Source: an uncultured Desulfosarcina sp. (GTDB lineage: Bacteria; Desulfobacterota; Desulfobacteria; Desulfobacterales; Desulfosarcinaceae). From it: 64,000 nucleotides of DNA. The stretch is from NCBI GenBank assembly GCA_963674945.2, contig CAXXWQ010000004.1, forward strand, positions 2,432,001-2,496,000. The letters run 5' to 3'. Of the stretch, positions 61,023 through 64,000 are shown piece by piece. The stretch's first letter is position 1; each line of letters opens with the position of its first letter. The position numbers and the translations under genes are program-made. The notes below the pieces were generated by a model, which did not search any database, had not been told where the DNA came from, and saw nothing but the letters and a program-made list of their open reading frames with translations.

Positions 61023-63158
61023 TTATTTCAGGTCGTAAAACTGCATTTTTCGTTGTAGTGTGCGCAGACCGATACCGAGCGCCTTTGCGGTTCGGGTTCG
61101 GTTCCAGCGGTGCTGGGCCAGGGCCGCATCGATCTGCCGCTTTTCGAACCGCTTCACGGCTTCGGCAAGGTTGGCGATGTCGGCATCCACCAACGCTTCT
61201 TTCTCCGGTTCCGGCATCGGCGCCGTATCGCCCACCAGATCGAGCCGTTTCAGGGTGACGAAGCGAAACATGACGTTCTGCAGTTCGCGGACATTGCCCG
61301 GCCAGTCGTATTTCATCAGGGTGTCGATGACCCGGGTGGTCACCTTGGGTCGGATTTTGCGATCGTAGGCTTTCAGAAAGTGATCCACCAGCAGGGGGAT
61401 ATCCTCCTTGCGTTTTCTCAGAGGCGGCAGTTGAATGGGAATCACGTGGATGCGATAGAAAAAATCGCTGCGCATCTGCCCCTTTCTCACCAGGTCCGGC
61501 AGGTTGCGGCTGGTGGCCGCGATGATGCGAAAATCGGGCTTTCGCACCTCGTTCGAACCGATCGGGGAGTAGCCGCCCCCTTCGATGGCGCGCAGCAGTT
61601 TGACTTGCATATCCTGCCGTATCTCGCCGATTTCGTCCAGAAACAGGCCACCGCCGTCGGCCTTGCCCAAAAAACCATCCTCGTCCCTTTCCGCCCCTGT
61701 GAAAGCCCCTTTTCGATGGCCGAAGAACTCCCGCTCCATCAGGGTTTCCGGAATGGCGCCGCAATTCACCGGAACGAACGGCTTATCGCGGCGGGCACTC
61801 ATGTTGTGGATCGCCCTGGCGACCAGTTCCTTGCCCGTGCCCGACTCCCCGTAGAGGATGATGTTGGTGTCCGAGGCGGCGGCCATCAACATCAATTCAT
61901 AGACCTCCTGCATGGCCGGGCTCTTGCCGACGATGTCGCCGAAGCGATGCCGATCTTCAATGGTGGAGCGCAGGCGGATGTTCTCCTCCAGCAGGTGGGC
62001 TTCGCTGTCGCGCAGCGCCTGCTCCATGCCCTTGCGCTCATGGATGTCCCGGATCATGGCCTGGCAGTAGAGCGTTCCATCGGAGAGGCGCACCGGCACA
62101 TTGACGCTGGAGTACCACCTCTGATCGTTGGGGTTTCTCATCTCGAAACGGACCGTCCGCCCTTCGAAGACCTGGTCGCTGACGCACCACACGCATTTGG
62201 ACCGGCGGTTGTGCAACGCCTCGTAACAGGTTCTTCCGGTGGCATCGAACCCCACATGGCGGATCAGATTTTCGTTCATGAAAAAAATTTTGTAATCCTG
62301 GCCGATGAAGTAGACGAACCCTTCATAGCCTTCCAGAATGGCACTGTACAGGGCCTCGCGGTCCCGCAACTCCTGGGTGGTCTGTTTCAGTGAGGTGATG
62401 TCGATCAAAGAGACGATGGTCCGACCGGGTTCGGGCAGCAGGCCCACCTTGGTGAAGATGTGCCTGACCCGGCCCTGGCGGTCGACGATCCGGCACTCAT
62501 ACTCGGAAGGCGCACTGCCGTCCCTGGCGCGGCGGGAGAAGTGATAGCCGTACACCATTTCATGATCATCCCCATGAATGAAATCGGTCCATTTCATGCG
62601 ATTCTCGATCTCATTGCGCGGGTAGCCGGTGAGTTCCTCGAACTTGGGGTTGACCATGGAGACGGTGAAATCCTGCTCCACCGCGATGGAAGGCGAGCCA
62701 GAATGGTGGAAAATAATGCGATAGCGGTTTTCGGCCAGCGACCAGTCGGCGGTGCGGGCCTCCATCTGGTGGCGCAGATTTTCCTGATGCCGGTGGAGCT
62801 GTTCCTCCATCTGTCTGAGCCTGGTGACGTTGCGCACAACCACAATGGCTTCTTCGTCGGTATAGCAGACCATCCGGGCTTCGTAGTGGCGCAACCCGTC
62901 GCTGAAGGTGATGCTGTACTCCAATTGCTGCTCCCGACGGGTTTTAAAAGCGTCCTCGAGATGGGACATGAACAGGTCGGCCGTATCCGCCGGCAGCACC
63001 TCCGTAAGCTTTTTGCCCAGGTATTCGTCCACCGGCCGGTAGAGATCATGGGGGGCGCCCTTGAAATCGAGAAACACGCCGTCACGATCCATGCGGATGA
63101 TCATATCGGGCATGGCGTCCAGGATGGCCGCACTGGCATTTTTTTCGTGGGTGGTCAT
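61023..63158 (-). CDS. Multi-PAS sigma54-dependent transcriptional activator
   Basis: Three PAS-like domains, GESGTGKE, GAFTGA, WPGNVREL, Fis-type HTH. Confidence 0.93.
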   Translation of the reverse strand: MTTHEKNASAAILDAMPDMIIRMDRDGVFLDFKGAPHDLYRPVDEYLGKKLTEVLPADTADLFMSHLEDAFKTRREQQLEYSITFSDGLRHYEARMVCYTDEEAIVVVRNVTRLRQMEEQLHRHQENLRHQMEARTADWSLAENRYRIIFHHSGSPSIAVEQDFTVSMVNPKFEELTGYPRNEIENRMKWTDFIHGDDHEMVYGYHFSRRARDGSAPSEYECRIVDRQGRVRHIFTKVGLLPEPGRTIVSLIDITSLKQTTQELRDREALYSAILEGYEGFVYFIGQDYKIFFMNENLIRHVGFDATGRTCYEALHNRRSKCVWCVSDQVFEGRTVRFEMRNPNDQRWYSSVNVPVRLSDGTLYCQAMIRDIHERKGMEQALRDSEAHLLEENIRLRSTIEDRHRFGDIVGKSPAMQEVYELMLMAAASDTNIILYGESGTGKELVARAIHNMSARRDKPFVPVNCGAIPETLMEREFFGHRKGAFTGAERDEDGFLGKADGGGLFLDEIGEIRQDMQVKLLRAIEGGGYSPIGSNEVRKPDFRIIAATSRNLPDLVRKGQMRSDFFYRIHVIPIQLPPLRKRKEDIPLLVDHFLKAYDRKIRPKVTTRVIDTLMKYDWPGNVRELQNVMFRFVTLKRLDLVGDTAPMPEPEKEALVDADIANLAEAVKRFEKRQIDAALAQHRWNRTRTAKALGIGLRTLQRKMQFYDLK

Positions 63159-63280
63159 CGGACGGGTCTCTCCCCTTCGCAACGCATCCCGATTCCCTGA
63201 ATTTCCAGCCTGCCGAGTGGCGTCGTCATCTCTTTAATAACATGATGCGACAGAAATGGCACGCACTGCAAATCGATAGT

Positions 63281-64000
63281 TTACGTCAATTCAATCTCCC
63301 TTAGGTAGATGCTTTTCCCCTCTTTGATGGTTTCCTCTATCTGAATCTCCCTGATCTTCATGGGCTCGATGGCCAGGGGATCGTCGGAGAGAACCACCAG
63401 GTCCGCCAGTTTACCCGTTTCAAGGGTACCCTTGCGGTCTTCCTCGAAATTCTGCCAGGCGGCATCCGCGGTGATGGCGCGCAGTGCCTCGAAAGGCGTG
63501 ATACGCTGTTCCGGGCCAAGCTCTTTGCCGCCCGATGTCACGCGGTTTACCGCTGACCAGGCCACCGTGAGCATTTCGATGCCGGCAACGGGTGCATCGT
63601 GGTGAAGGGTGATCTTTAGATTGCGGTCGAGGGCTGTACGTGACGGACTGATGCGTTCTGCCCGCTCCGGGCCGAGAAATATGTCGCGATGGCGGTCGCC
63701 CCAGAAATAGACGTGGATCGGGAAAAAGGACGGGGTCAGGCCATGTCGGGCGGAAAAATCGAGCTGATCCTCCCGCATGGTCTGGCCATGGACGATGGTG
63801 GTGCGCAGGTCCGGGCGGGGCTTGTCCCCGCGGGCCTTTTTCACGGCTGCGATGAGCATGTCCGTAGCGGCGGCGCCGTTGGTGTGGGCCTGAATCTGAA
63901 CTCTGGCCGCGTCGCAGCGCCGCACCCAGGTATCGACCTGTTCCTGGGTCATGCTCGGGTAGCCGCGATGGCCTTGGCCGGGCGACTGCAAATCTTCCAG
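63281..64000 (-). CDS. YtcJ-like amidohydrolase (5' end outside window)
   Basis: QAHTNG, IVHGQ, HHDAP, KGTLETGKLADLVVLSDDP. Confidence 0.88.
   Translation of the reverse strand: MEDLQSPGQGHRGYPSMTQEQVDTWVRRCDAARVQIQAHTNGAAATDMLIAAVKKARGDKPRPDLRTTIVHGQTMREDQLDFSARHGLTPSFFPIHVYFWGDRHRDIFLGPERAERISPSRTALDRNLKITLHHDAPVAGIEMLTVAWSAVNRVTSGGKELGPEQRITPFEALRAITADAAWQNFEEDRKGTLETGKLADLVVLSDDPLAIEPMKIREIQIEETIKEGKSIYLREIELT

Overview
Chromosomal window from what looks like a sulfate-reducing Desulfobacterales-type bacterium. This is inferred from the Hdr/Mvh genes, the sigma54 activators and the methyl-accepting chemotaxis proteins (MCPs); no database search was run. Left to right: (i) an AT-richer MarR / O-methyltransferase / TIM-barrel operon; (ii) a tyrosine recombinase split by an A9 tract and bracketed by ~123-bp imperfect inverted repeats; (iii) a sigma54 signalling island; (iv) a GH13 enzyme, MFS transporters, a molybdopterin oxidoreductase and remnants of REP-associated tyrosine transposases (RAYT); (v) a minus-strand hydrogenase operon (protease-hdrA-mvhD-frhB-like-mvhG-mvhA). 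The ORF track breaks this operon at three in-frame UGA (selenocysteine) codons. Its HdrA carries an N-terminal DNA-binding HTH domain, and 9-bp-period direct repeats lie upstream; (vi) two more MCPs, one followed by tandem periplasmic-protein/porin pairs and a silent third porin half; (vii) mixed metabolic genes, the second of two 124-bp MITE copies, a scrambled heat-shock remnant and a PlpD-like patatin; (viii) an IS1380 with a 5-bp target duplication between a sigma54 promoter and a small membrane-protein gene. No rRNA, tRNA or CRISPR array was seen. The best novelty candidates are the HTH-HdrA selenoprotein with its putative operator repeats, the inverted-repeat-flanked slippery integrase, and the MCP/periplasmic protein/porin module.
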